Notes: generated by a model not told the origin, from the sequence alone. A stretch of DNA of 55,994 nucleotides from Nemertoderma westbladi (GCA_032718475.1 JAUCBJ010000610.1:1-55994); one strand, 5' to 3'. Positions 24,990 through 37,300 are shown, counted from the first letter of the stretch. A program made the numbers and translations.

Positions 24990-26015
24990 GTAAATAGGTA
25001 ATTTTATATATACTGTACATTAGTAACTGCACATAATAAACCACAATAAATAATAATATAATATAATAATATTCAACCTTTGAATTCCATGGGTCACACT
25101 TGTGAGAGATCACCACCATAGCTCACATACTGTGTCAGCGATTGTTTCAAATGATTACAACCAGTGGATGGTACAGCAATGTTCACTCTCTGAAGAATCA
25201 GATGGAGCAATTTGAGAATATTTATACTTTACTTATAGTCCTACTGCTGTATTGGATTACCGATCATTATTAACACTAGTACTGTAGTAGCCACATGCTG
25301 GCTAGACAATATATAATTAATAAATATATTGCCTAATTATCTAAAATGAGAAATTATGTAATTAAACATAATTTTACAAATATTATACACTGTATTGCTA
25401 TAATGTAGTAATATAACTTTATTATATTGTATATGCAGGAACTCTAAATTGATCGCCGACCAGGTTCAACGAACCAGCAATGGAAAATCGGGTAAATTTC
25501 AGTACCGTAGTATGCATATTAAGCCATTTAATAATAATGTGATTTCTTGATCAAACCTCACATATACAGATCTTGACTTACTAAAGGCAAAAGATGACAA
25601 TGGCACTGCTGTCTGAATATGTTTTCCCTTTTCATTTCCATAATAACATAATTAATATAATTCAGTCATTAAATTAATAAACATCAATTCAATATATATG
25701 TTCTTATATATATGTTACCGACCCAATGAACTGATAATGTTAAACTTCCGTCTTAAAACTAAAACTTGCAGTTCATAACAATTTATTTTTGCGGCTACAT
25801 ATACAATAATAGGGTCTTAAAAAATATAAATAAACAAACTCGGACAAATCAAATATTAAATTCTCACTTGTAACTAGAACATTACTTCAATACTTGATGC
25901 CTTGTGTCACTTTCAAAATATATAATAATATAATATTATCTTCCAACAAATTATAACAAAATACAGATATATATCACTCCAATCTCAATTACTTTATTTA
26001 CTTGCATTTAATTAC

Positions 26016-26122
26016 CTGTTCATGGCTATAAGGCAGAGTTTGTGGATTGGCCGCATGTAAACCCCTTTTCAGTCTTTACTCGGACTTTACGGACTAGATC
26101 ATCCTCATCTGGAAACACCTCG
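26016..26122 (-). pseudogene. Small relic of a third BEL/Pao integrase C-terminus
   Basis: EVFPDEDDLVRKVRVKTEKG/(frameshift)VYMRPIHKLCLI resembles the Pao C-terminal motif. Confidence 0.7.
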
Positions 26123-26548
26123 GAACCTTCCACTGTATTACATAATGTGGTGATGACCCATAATTTGGTGTCAAAAGTGAAAAAAAAGGTTTTTAGTTAT
26201 GAACTGTTAAACCGAGTAGCAAGATTTATGAACACAGTTCGTATGATGTTATCTTTGTAATATTAACAACAACAATATAGCTATTGCATCATATATATAC
26301 GAATATATACATCATATACGAAACAACCCTGAATATAGCGAAGAGTCTTTGCAGAGTTGATGATAAAACAAAGTAAAGCACTCAACTATTCCCACGCAGT
26401 TAGTATTCCTATACACAATTCCGGGTGTAATCCGGGCTCCTTTACTAAGTGTTGCGGGAAGTGTCAACTTACGCAGGAGATTAGTTCGTTAGTGGATACA
26501 TTGTCTTTATACGCAGTTTCAGTTAGTACCAATAAAACAAGAGTTAAT

Positions 26549-26770
26549 TAGATAATGTTTACAGTACTGTATGTTTTACATAACTCAATTACTGTGGTTA
26601 TTGTTATGTACCTGTAGGCTCACCACATGTATGACAGTACTAACCTGCACTGCATGTGCACGTATGTATTATTCATATTCAGACTTTAGTAATACAACTG
26701 TACTAGCGATCATTGCGATTACTCGTAATGACTTATGATAATATTCGCTATTATGCATCATATTTATCTA
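26549..26770 (+). repeat. Gypsy 5' LTR (TAGATAA...TTATCTA)
   Basis: Identical by eye to 32344-32565; 7-bp terminal inverted repeat. Confidence 0.96.
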
Positions 26771-26783
26771 TGATCGCTGTTGT
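26771..26783 (+). promoter_or_regulatory. Non-tRNA primer-binding site of the Gypsy element (complementary to LTR 26694-26712)
   Basis: TGATCGCT pairs with AGCGATCA (26705-26712); GTTGT pairs with ACAAC (26694-26698). Confidence 0.6.
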
Positions 26784-27110
26784 TATTAAATTGCTGAACT
26801 GTGCACTGTGATGATATATACTGATACGCCGACTATCAGAAGTAAAGGAAATATACTGGTACACCGATTACCAGTAATCCATCATTGCAAAGTCACCTAC
26901 GCATTACCAGTACGCCGATTATCGGGAGGCACTGCCCGCATTACTAGAACACTACCGGTACACTGTTTATCGGAACGTATTACCGGTACGCCGATTACCG
27001 GAAAACGTTATTGTACTAGGCAGCTAGGCCTACTGCTGTACTAGTACGCTGACCAAAGCGCCGATTATTTACAATTAAGCCCTAGGCTGCTAGGCTAATT
27101 TTCATTAATT

Positions 27111-30100
27111 ATGGTTCAACTACACTGCACTGCTTTACAAGGGGGCCAACCATGCCCCTATATGACAGAAGATGTTGCTGCTGAGGTGGCTATACAAATA
27201 CTTACAATGCATCAAACTAATGTTCACGGTGCAGCTGCTACTGTAGGGCAACAAGCTGCAATGGGTGGTCCAAAAGCTGAAAAGGTCAAACGACCGATCT
27301 TGGAGAGTGGAAATACATTAGAGAAATGGAACTATTTTGTTACCCGGTGGGAACGATATAAACGATTGACTGCCCTAACTCCAGCTGCGATTAGTGGTCA
27401 ACTGCTGGAATGCTGCCAAGATGATTTACTTCTAGATTTGCATCGAAATGTTGGCATTGGACTGGACAACTTAAACGAAAACGATCTCCTGAATGAGATT
27501 AAACGCCTAGCCGTTCGTGATGAAAATGTCATTGTTAGTCGAATGCTGCTAAGAGGAATGCTTCAGGACCATAATGAAGGTATCCGGACGTTTGCAGCAC
27601 GTGTCAAGGGCCAAGCTGCAGTTTGCCAATATTCTGTGAAATGTATGGGTTGTGATATAGATATCTCATATGCTGATGACGAAATAAAAGATCAGATCTG
27701 CAAAGGGCTAGGTGACCAGGATATTCGACAAGATTTGCTAGGTGATCGAAATCAAACCATGAACCTTGAAGAGGTTATTAAATTCATTGAAGCAAAAGAA
27801 GCTGGAAAAAGATCACAGATGGCACTCTCAAACTCTGATGGAATATGTAAAATATCGCAATATAAACGTGATAAGAGATTCTCCAAACCAAAGACTAAAC
27901 ACACTGATGAGAAGGTGACAAATGATTCTCCATGTGGGTGGTGTGGAAAACATGGACATGGATCCAATGGGACCATCGAAAGTCGACGTGAACACTGCCC
28001 TGCCTTCCTGGTAGGATGTCGAAAATGTGGTCAGATTGGACATTATGACTCAGTATGTCGGGGTCGCCCCAAGATTAAGAAAAAATCACTAGCTAATGCC
28101 ATTATTGCAGAAGATGAAAGTGATAGTAACACATCTAGTGATGATTATGATACAGCATACTCACAGGATATACCCAATGCTAGCTTTATAGGTGGAGTCC
28201 ACCTAGAATCTACTAAGATGGTAATACTCAATAATGAAAGTGAAGAATCTATACATGGAATTGCGATGTCACATAAAGAATACGATGACATCTTAGGTTG
28301 GGTGAGCCAACGTTCACCAGATAACCCCACAATTAATGTATCTGTCGATATATGTAAGGATGCATACGCATACTTCAATATTCCACTATCAGGTAAACCA
28401 AGATGCATAACCTGTCATGCAATAGCTGATACTGGGGCCCAATCCGCGGTGGCTGGTATGCGTCTAGTTAAATCTCTTGGTCTAACAAAATCGGATTTGA
28501 TCCCTGTGACACAGTCTTTGGTAGCAGCCAATGGAACAAAATTAAAGATTTATGGTGGGTTATTTTTAAAAGTCAATTGTCAGACAAAGCAAGGAGTTTC
28601 TAGGAGCACTAAACTACTTGTATACATTCAGGGCAACTGCGACCAATTTTTCCTTAGCCGAAAAGCTTGTGAATGTCTAGGAATTATATCGACTGATTTC
28701 CCCCAAATAAATTCAATAACTAATCAATGCTTCAACAATGATAGCAATAGTGCAATTGCCCCATGTGGCTGTCTTAGACGATCCGCACCACCAATTTCAC
28801 CCTCAATGCCACCCTTACCCCTGATACCGGAGAATAGAGATGCCATAGAGAAATGGCTGTTGAACTACTATGCATCAAGCACCTTTAACATATGTGAGCA
28901 TCAGGCCTTGCCTACTATGTCAGGACCACCACTCAGTCTAATGATTGATGTAAATGCAAAACCACACGCTATTCACACACCGATACCTGTTCCTATCCAC
29001 TGGCAGAAGGCTGTCAAGGAAGGACTTGATAGGGATGTTCGTTTGGGTGTCATCGAGCCAGTCCCTTGGGGGACTCCTACATCCTGGTGCAGTCGGATGG
29101 TAACTGTAGCCAAAAAGGATGGTACGCCAAGGAGAACAGTTGATTTACAACACCTAAATGCAGCCTCAGTTCGCCAAACTCACCATACACCATCGCCGTT
29201 TCATCAAGCCATGTCTGTACCACATCATACTAAGAAGACAGTGTGTGATGCATGGAATGGCTATCATAGTGTTGCTATCAAGCCAGAAGATAGACATTTC
29301 ACAACATTTATCACCCCTTGGGGGCGTTACCAGTATCGAACCACCCCTCAAGGCTTCATAGCCGCTGGTGATGGCTATACACGCAAGTATGACGAAATTA
29401 TTACTGATATAAGCAACAAAACGAAATGTGTCGACGATGTATTACTTTGGTCGAACAATATAAAGCAAAGTTTCCAACAAACGTGTGAGTTTCTATGTCG
29501 TTGTGCAGATAATGGCATTATACTAAATCCAAACAAATTCCAATTCGCAAAGAGTGAAGTTGAGTTTGCAGGCTTTGTCATAACAGATGATAGTGTAAAA
29601 CCAAGCAAGAAATATCTGCAAGCCATTCTAGACTTTCCCACACCAACAAATATCACGGGTATACGCTCTTGGTTTGGACTTGTTAATCAGGTATCATATG
29701 CGCTTTCCATGACTGATAAAATGCTGCCATTTCGCGAACTGCTGCAAACTGGAGTAAAATTCTACTGGGATAACCAACTACAAATGCTTTTTGATGAATC
29801 CAAACAGACAATCGTGAAAGCAGTAGAAGAAGGTGTCAGAATATTTGACCCGACTAGAAAGACTTGTCTTACAACAGATTGGTGTAAAATTGGCACAGGA
29901 TTCTTCCTTACCCAGAAACACTGTACATGCCTAACGACATCACCTGACTGTTGCTCCAATGGTTGGAAACTAGTATTTGCAGGTAGCAAATTCAATAGCC
30001 CAGCTGAATCTAACTATTCTCCAGTAGAAGGAGAAGCGTTGGCAGTAGTTAAAGGGTTGAATAAGACCCGATACTTTACTCTGGGTATCTCACACCTGAT

Positions 30101-32228
30101 AGTAGCTACAGATCATAAGCCATTGCTGAAGATCCTTGGTGATAAAAATATGGAAGATATAAGCAATCCCCGCTTATTGGCACTAAAAGAAAAAACATTG
30201 GGGTATAAATTTACCATTATATATCTACCTGGCAAGACTATACGTGGTCCTGATGGGGCATCCCGGTATCCATCAGGTGAGTTACCATCATCTGATACGA
30301 TTAATCCCATAGTAGCCGAAGTTGCTAGTGATGATGATTGTTATGAAACTGAATTATCCACAATGACGAGTGCTGTTTGTTCATTGTACTCGTTAGGTAC
30401 TCTTAAATCTGTTACATGGAATCGTGTCCGTGAAGCCACTATGAGTGATGATGTAATGTTGGACCTGTTGAAGATAATCCAATGTGGCTTTCCTGATAAC
30501 CGACATAGTGTACCAGCACATTTATTGGAATACTTTCCCTACCGCGAGAATCTCTCGACCGTTGACGATAGTGTCATTATCTACAACAACAGAGTAGTCA
30601 TACCACCATTGCTAAGAACTGAGGTTTTAGAAGCTCTACATTCAGCACATCAAGGTGTAACATCAATGGTGTCACGCGCTACCTCATCTGTATTCTGGCC
30701 AGGCATTACTCCGGATATTACTAATATGCGCTCACACTGTTCTGCATGTAATCAAATGGCCCCGTCACAACCCAATCAACCACCAATGCCGATGGTTTAC
30801 CCCGAATACCCATTTCAATGCATCTGCGCTGACTATGCTCATATCGAGGGATCAAACTATCTCATCATTGTTGATCGATACTCTGGATGGCCCCAAATTA
30901 GTAAAGCAGCCGCAGGAGAAGGTGCGAAACAACTAGTTGGAGAACTAAAGCAACATTGTGCCACATTTGGAATCCCAGAGGAGGCAGCAACAGATGGAGG
31001 ACCTGAGTTCCAATCTGCTGAAACTTTAAAATTTATGAAAAACTGGGGAATACAGCACCGATTGTCTTCAGTTGCATTTCCCCATTCCAATACGAGGGCT
31101 GAAATTGGTGTCAAAACAATGAGGCGTCTCTTAACTGACAATATAGGACCCAATGGAAACCTTAATACAGATAACTTCCTTCGAGCACTACTCCAATATC
31201 GAAACACACCAGACCAAGACACGAAGATATCACCAGCAGTAGCAATATTTGGGCGACAAATTCGGGACTTCACACCCGTTCTTCCATCGAAATATAAGCC
31301 ATGCAAAGAATGGCAAGATACTCTAATATGTCGCGAGGAAGCTCTTCGTAAACGCCATAACATAGCACATGAACGACTAGAAGAACATACACATCGACTT
31401 CCACCATTAAAAGTTGGTGACCATGTCTATGTTCAAAACCAAGTTGGTAATCACCCCAAGAAATGGGATAGAACAGCATTGGTAGTAGAAGTAAAGCAAT
31501 TCGACCAATACAATGTTCGCATAGATGGATCTGGTAGAATGTCACTCCGAAATCGTAAATTTCTTCGTAAATTCACGCCCTTTCCAACGAATGATACAAA
31601 GCTGATATCAAATAGCATACCAGTTCCCAAATCTTTATTGCCTGAGAATCATGCAAGAAAAACGATACAACCAACCAATACAGGAAGCCAAACCACCGAT
31701 CCAAAAATCGAACCACCTAAACCAGATAATCAAATCAATGATCAACCACCTAAACCAGGTGATCAAACCAACGATCAACCACCTAATAGGGGCAATCAAC
31801 CACTCAAACCACCTATTCCTGGTTATCAAACCAGTGATCATACAATCATCGATCCCCATTCAATTCCAAAGAATCCATCAAGCACAATAACTCTCCCAGA
31901 GGAGATCTCAAGACCTACCTCAGATATTGTCATTACCCCACCGGCACCGCTACCACTAAAAGTGTCCCCTCACAAAACGGGCCGTACCGTAAGTACCACT
32001 AGCAGTCGACCACCAAACGTTGATATTACGTCACCTACGGCTACGATGTCATTGCCACGCCGATCAAATCGGAAGTGCCAGCCTAATACTCGTCTTCGGG
32101 ATTATGAGACTTCTCTTAATGTTGTCAGAGGTAGTCATGGTTTGTCACGAGTTTTCACACGCCAGCGAAGTAAACTTAAAGAGGGTGAAATAAATCACTC
32201 AATAAATGACTCAGCGAAAACTCTCTAG
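27111..32228 (+). CDS. gag-pol: Gypsy Gag-Pol polyprotein, 1705 aa, intact
   Basis: Knuckles CGWC...H and CRKCGQIGHYDSVC; PR ADTGA; RT DAWNGY...PQG...CVDD; RH TDW/EGEALA/TDHKPL; IN HSAHQG..CSAC plus D/DGG/AE. Confidence 0.96.
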   Translation: MVQLHCTALQGGQPCPYMTEDVAAEVAIQILTMHQTNVHGAAATVGQQAAMGGPKAEKVKRPILESGNTLEKWNYFVTRWERYKRLTALTPAAISGQLLECCQDDLLLDLHRNVGIGLDNLNENDLLNEIKRLAVRDENVIVSRMLLRGMLQDHNEGIRTFAARVKGQAAVCQYSVKCMGCDIDISYADDEIKDQICKGLGDQDIRQDLLGDRNQTMNLEEVIKFIEAKEAGKRSQMALSNSDGICKISQYKRDKRFSKPKTKHTDEKVTNDSPCGWCGKHGHGSNGTIESRREHCPAFLVGCRKCGQIGHYDSVCRGRPKIKKKSLANAIIAEDESDSNTSSDDYDTAYSQDIPNASFIGGVHLESTKMVILNNESEESIHGIAMSHKEYDDILGWVSQRSPDNPTINVSVDICKDAYAYFNIPLSGKPRCITCHAIADTGAQSAVAGMRLVKSLGLTKSDLIPVTQSLVAANGTKLKIYGGLFLKVNCQTKQGVSRSTKLLVYIQGNCDQFFLSRKACECLGIISTDFPQINSITNQCFNNDSNSAIAPCGCLRRSAPPISPSMPPLPLIPENRDAIEKWLLNYYASSTFNICEHQALPTMSGPPLSLMIDVNAKPHAIHTPIPVPIHWQKAVKEGLDRDVRLGVIEPVPWGTPTSWCSRMVTVAKKDGTPRRTVDLQHLNAASVRQTHHTPSPFHQAMSVPHHTKKTVCDAWNGYHSVAIKPEDRHFTTFITPWGRYQYRTTPQGFIAAGDGYTRKYDEIITDISNKTKCVDDVLLWSNNIKQSFQQTCEFLCRCADNGIILNPNKFQFAKSEVEFAGFVITDDSVKPSKKYLQAILDFPTPTNITGIRSWFGLVNQVSYALSMTDKMLPFRELLQTGVKFYWDNQLQMLFDESKQTIVKAVEEGVRIFDPTRKTCLTTDWCKIGTGFFLTQKHCTCLTTSPDCCSNGWKLVFAGSKFNSPAESNYSPVEGEALAVVKGLNKTRYFTLGISHLIVATDHKPLLKILGDKNMEDISNPRLLALKEKTLGYKFTIIYLPGKTIRGPDGASRYPSGELPSSDTINPIVAEVASDDDCYETELSTMTSAVCSLYSLGTLKSVTWNRVREATMSDDVMLDLLKIIQCGFPDNRHSVPAHLLEYFPYRENLSTVDDSVIIYNNRVVIPPLLRTEVLEALHSAHQGVTSMVSRATSSVFWPGITPDITNMRSHCSACNQMAPSQPNQPPMPMVYPEYPFQCICADYAHIEGSNYLIIVDRYSGWPQISKAAAGEGAKQLVGELKQHCATFGIPEEAATDGGPEFQSAETLKFMKNWGIQHRLSSVAFPHSNTRAEIGVKTMRRLLTDNIGPNGNLNTDNFLRALLQYRNTPDQDTKISPAVAIFGRQIRDFTPVLPSKYKPCKEWQDTLICREEALRKRHNIAHERLEEHTHRLPPLKVGDHVYVQNQVGNHPKKWDRTALVVEVKQFDQYNVRIDGSGRMSLRNRKFLRKFTPFPTNDTKLISNSIPVPKSLLPENHARKTIQPTNTGSQTTDPKIEPPKPDNQINDQPPKPGDQTNDQPPNRGNQPLKPPIPGYQTSDHTIIDPHSIPKNPSSTITLPEEISRPTSDIVITPPAPLPLKVSPHKTGRTVSTTSSRPPNVDITSPTATMSLPRRSNRKCQPNTRLRDYETSLNVVRGSHGLSRVFTRQRSKLKEGEINHSINDSAKTL

Positions 32229-32313
32229 AACTATATCGAAACAACCGTAAACTCATATGTTCTCAGCGAAAACTCTCTAGAACTATATCGAAACAACTGT
32301 AAACTCATATGTT
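32210..32313 (+). repeat. 52-bp tandem duplication spanning the Gypsy stop codon and 3' UTR
   Basis: CTCAGCGAAAACTCTCTAGAACTATATCGAAACAAC(C/T)GTAAACTCATATGTT occurs twice. Confidence 0.9.
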
Positions 32314-32343
32314 ATCATGTGACTCTTGTTTGGGAGGGGGAGA

Positions 32344-32565
32344 TAGATAATGTTTACAGTACTGTATGTTTTACATAACTCAATTACTGTGGTTATTGTT
32401 ATGTACCTGTAGGCTCACCACATGTATGACAGTACTAACCTGCACTGCATGTGCACGTATGTATTATTCATATTCAGACTTTAGTAATACAACTGTACTA
32501 GCGATCATTGCGATTACTCGTAATGACTTATGATAATATTCGCTATTATGCATCATATTTATCTA
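32344..32565 (+). repeat. Gypsy 3' LTR
   Basis: Follows the PPT; identical to the 5' LTR. Confidence 0.96.
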
Positions 32566-34300
32566 TTAATAATGCTTAGAACAATAAAAGTGTATATTTT
32601 AATGTTACAGTAGTTGCAATATTGATAGATAACAAACTGGTAAGAAATAGTAGCCACTTTGAGGAGTGGTACTTGCCTGGGAACTATATAATATACCGTT
32701 AGTCCTAAAATCATCTACAACAATTATGTTATATAAACTCAGCTTTAAATACTGGTAAACCAATAATGAATCCAATTTAAGCATTTAACCAATCACAGGG
32801 CGAGGAATCGCACTGTGCAAATAGAACCAACAACAGTAAGCTGACATTGTAGTTAACTGTTCATTATGAAGCCTAACACAGATAAAACTGTAGCCATGGT
32901 TACCGTTTACCGTTCAGTGTATAAGTAAAGGGCCATTAAGGTGGTTCTTAAATTCAATGCGCCGCAAATTTCCTTATTATGAATAGAAATTGATAATTCA
33001 ACAACCGGATTCGTGTACAGTCCCCTAATTTTTTAATGAAAATACAAAAAATTACACACTAAATAAATTTGGCACAAAAAAAATATAATATTTATGTTAC
33101 GAATGATATGCACTATGCAAAATACTTGGAACATACATACAGACCTTGCGGTGAAAATACTTTCAGTTTAAAAATATATACGTACATACAAATACATATG
33201 CTACATAGACACACTGCAAATGATAAAAATACTTAAATCAAATTTACTTCCAATAAACATTATTCCATCAAAATAAACTATATTTTATATTTAACTATTG
33301 TGTATAACTTTCAACATTCGACTAATACTACTAATATAAAAATACAAAAAAAGACACACACCGCTTGGTCTGGCGTTGTAAGATAAGTAAGATTTAAATA
33401 ATTGTTCAAATTAAACGACACAAAAATAAGGGATAGATTGCCAGTCCACCTTATTTAAACAATATATATTTTACTGTGCGCACACAGAATTACATTGTGA
33501 TGGATATTAATTTAACATATTATTTTTATTAATTATTATATTTTTCGGATACAAATAAATTAGCCAAAAATAAAACACCACCGTGTATTATACCTAACAG
33601 GAAATTTTTTATAAACCCCAGAGGTACGGCAATGATTATTTAATTATTTAATCGGAAGGGGAAATAGACCGGCCAGTCGCCATTGATTACTCGACGCGAT
33701 GTTGGCTCCAGAAACAAACTTCCAGCGAGGGAAGGGACAGACGACATCAAAATCTATCAGATGTCACACAACCATCGGTGATCCAGAGTGTAGACTTCGT
33801 CAGCGCCGCGCAGACACGCACTACCGCCAAAGCGCGTAAGGTGATGCTCGGCTCGGCGCACTTCCCATAACTCACCTGTCGACGGAACTAATTTTCGGAC
33901 AACCTAATACTGTTATTTACTATCGGTTTTACATGTTATACTTACCAACCTCTTTTAATCAACTAGGCAATAACACCATATTTGGTAGATTAAATGCCCA
34001 CAAATCGATTGCATGCAATATCTATAATAACTAACCTGTATTTAAATAATAAAGATGTAGTCTATTAAATTGATAATAGCCGCTCCGCCACTTTCCGTCC
34101 TAAGACTATATGTAGTCAAATTAACCTAATAATTATTTATGTGAGACTTCAAATCAAGTAATGATTTGTACTAGTTTTATTTTACTTTTTATTATGTAAG
34201 TACCAACATTAATTTAACTCGAACATTTATCCCTAGTCCCCAGTTAAATTAATTAAACGTCAAAGCAGTCTTACATTGAGTTTGTTGTAATTGGAAAAAC

Positions 34301-37300
34301 TTAGACTTTCGCCTCATCGAGAGCCATTTCTAAGAGACATATCTTCTGAATAGGTCGACATAGGATAGAAATTAATATCTTCCATTTCTTAGTACGAGGA
34401 CATTTAATGGCTGTTGCTGTCCTCACATGTACAGTTCGTACTAAACCATCAGCGCTAGGTAAAACTTCGGAGATACGAGCAACTTTCCAGTTGAATCGCT
34501 TTGAGTTAGAGTCAGTGAGCATCACTAAATCACCAACGGCGAAATTTCTGTGAGGGCGGAGCCATTTCTGTCGAGTCATCAAGTTCTCGAGATATGTTCG
34601 TCGCCAGATAGTCCAATATTGGTTGGCCAAGAACTGTGCTTTCCTCCACATGGTCTTATAATTGAGCTCATTGCCGTCATACAGCTCATGCAGAAGTCTG
34701 TTAGAGTTTGGTAAAACGGTACTACGTCGGAGTAATAAATGATTCGGCGTCAGTATTTCATTTGACGTCACATCGTCATTTAGAGGGGAAAGAGATCTAT
34801 CATTGATTAGATACTGGACTTCTGCCAAAGTTGTACGAAGTACTTCTTCAGAAACGAGTCGATGTTGAACTCGACGCTTTTCCATGAGTGCCAGCAAGGT
34901 GTGTTTAGTAGTTCGGATAAGCCGTTCCCAAACACCGCCGTGATGACTTGCTGTGGGTGTCTGGAAGTACCAGGAAATCTTACCGACAATCTCATCAGGG
35001 ATACCTATATCTTTGGCCTCGGCCATCAGTTCGGCCAATTCGGTTTCACTTCCTCCGAAATGACTTCCCTGATCAGAATATATATTCTCCACTCCAGCAT
35101 GGTTGCAGATAAATCGACGAAGAACACAAATTAATGAGTCAGCGCTGTAGTCCATTGACAAGTCCAATACCACCGCTCTGGAACTCATACATGTTAACAA
35201 AACTCCGTAACGTTTATCCGACCCACGTCCCCTAATAACATATAAAGGGCCGAATAAATCAACGCCTACGTTGGTAAAAACAGGAATGTAGCCGATGGTG
35301 CGAACCATAGGTATGGGAGCCATCATTTGTTTTCCAGGTTGAGCGAAACGTTTGCGACAGAAGATACAGTTATGGATGATGGCCTTTACAACTTTCCGGA
35401 GAGCATTCACCCAGTATAAGCGTCGTACTTTGGCGATGGTGTAATCAATACCCAGGTGGCCGCACGAGTAATGAATGTCCCTAATGATGACTGTAGTTAA
35501 ATGGTGCTTTGTTGGTAATATAATTGGATGTGTGATCTCATAACTGTAAGTTTGTATCAAACCCATTCGCGAGCCCATACGTAGCAGTCCATCATCAGCA
35601 ATAATTGGGTTGAGTATGGCGATAGATCTCGGAATAGATTTGGGTTTACTATTTCTAATAGCATCAATTACGCCAGAAAATTCAGCCTGTTGAATAAGCT
35701 GAATTATTTTCAGTTTAGCTTGTGCTAAACACCGTGTATGTAAATCGTCATTATCTATGTTAGTGACAATTTCACCTCGCTGACGATTTAATTTCTGGCG
35801 ATTATGGTGAAACTTTATTAGAAATCTCATCACTACTCGCGTCAGGAGCTGGAAGGAACTAAATCGCGTCAACAACTTGGAAAGTGTTGAAAATGGTTGA
35901 ACGTCTATGGTCGCAACCACCTTGGATTTTGAATGTTTCGCCGGTTTATCTTTCCTTAAACCAGCCTCAGGGGGAATTTCTGCGTCCTTCATCGGATTGG
36001 TTTGAGTTAGAGAAGAGTCCCACCGCGATTCAGGCTGTCTTAAAAATTGCGGGCCGCCGTACCAACAATCCTGGTATTTGGTGATAAAGTCTAATGGCTC
36101 GGCCCCACGGCTGGCGATGTCTGCTGGATTCTTCGTACCAGGAATATGACGCCATTGAGAGGGAGCTGTGTAGCGTCGAATTTCTTCAATTCGGTTGGCT
36201 TCGTATGTTTCGAATCTCCGAGACTCATTAGCGATCTGACACAAAACGCTTGTGCTGTCACTCCAACATATTACATTGTTTGAATGAATCTGCAGGGTGA
36301 TGCTCGCAGCGAACTGTCTATGACTACGTACGAGTAAAACGGCTGACTGCAATTCAAGTCTTGGAATGGAAACCTTCTTTAGAGGTGCAGTACGTGTCTT
36401 TGCATACACCATGGAACAAGTTATGTGGCCTGAGGGTGACACTTTACGTATGTATGATAAACAACCATATCCAGTTAAACTGGCATCGCAAAAGTGATGT
36501 AATTGTAACACATCAGTATCAGTCGAAATGGTATTGGCAAAATAATGGCGTGGTATCTGAAGATTTTCAAGCTGATGTAGTTGATTGTACCACTGTAGCC
36601 ATTCAGATGCTAACGATTGTTCTAGAACATCGTCCCAGTTCAATTTTAGTCCCCATAGTTTCTGAAGGAACTGTTTTCCCTGAAGAATAATGGGAGCCAC
36701 GAGTCCTAATGGATCATATATAGACGCTACGCAAACAAGACAGCCACGTTTGGTCAAGGCATGGGATTTTCGTGATGGTTTAAATAGGAAGCAGTCTCGC
36801 TCAGGGCACCATACTATACCGAGAGCTCGCGAAACTGGAAGTTCATCGAAGTTCAAGTCGAGCTCAGCTTCAACACGTTTGGACTGTGGAATGTATTTAA
36901 GAAATTCCTTCGATGATGACATGAATTTTGTTAAAGTGAATCCTCCAAGTCGCAAACACTCGATTAATCCTAGAGCCAGTCGGACGGCCTCCGTAACACT
37001 CTCAGCACCCGACATTCCGTCGTCAACATAAAAGTGTTTGTTGATCGCTTCGATAACATTGGGTGGAAATTTGTCCTTGTGATCCTCAGCTGATTGTCGG
37101 AGAGCGTATGTTGCCGCACACGGAGAATCTTTTTTACCAAACATATGAACCAACATCTGATAAATAATATAATCTGCTGGATTATTAGGTTCAACATCAC
37201 CCTCCCACCAGATAATATTCTGTGACTCAGAATCGCAGTCGTAAGTGCGCACTTGGTGAAACATCTGTTCAATGTCACAAGCAAAAACTACCCTGTGCTG

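Larger units (their letters stand above)
26549..32565 (+). mobile_element. Full-length Ty3/Gypsy LTR retrotransposon (Mag-like), nested in the BEL/Pao-2 LTR
   Basis: Identical 222-bp LTRs; TSD TTAAT (26544-26548 and 32566-32570), with the empty site visible in the other LTR at ~43860; PPT GGGAGGGGGAGA at 32332-32343. Confidence 0.97.
26410..33019 (-). repeat. 3' LTR of BEL/Pao-2, split by the Gypsy insertion
   Basis: 139 bp + 449 bp = 588 bp, matching 43726-44313 with one substitution seen. Confidence 0.95.

Noticed and set aside
24871-25119. 82-aa minus-strand ORF
   Set aside because: Antisense shadow of the FN2 exon on the plus strand.
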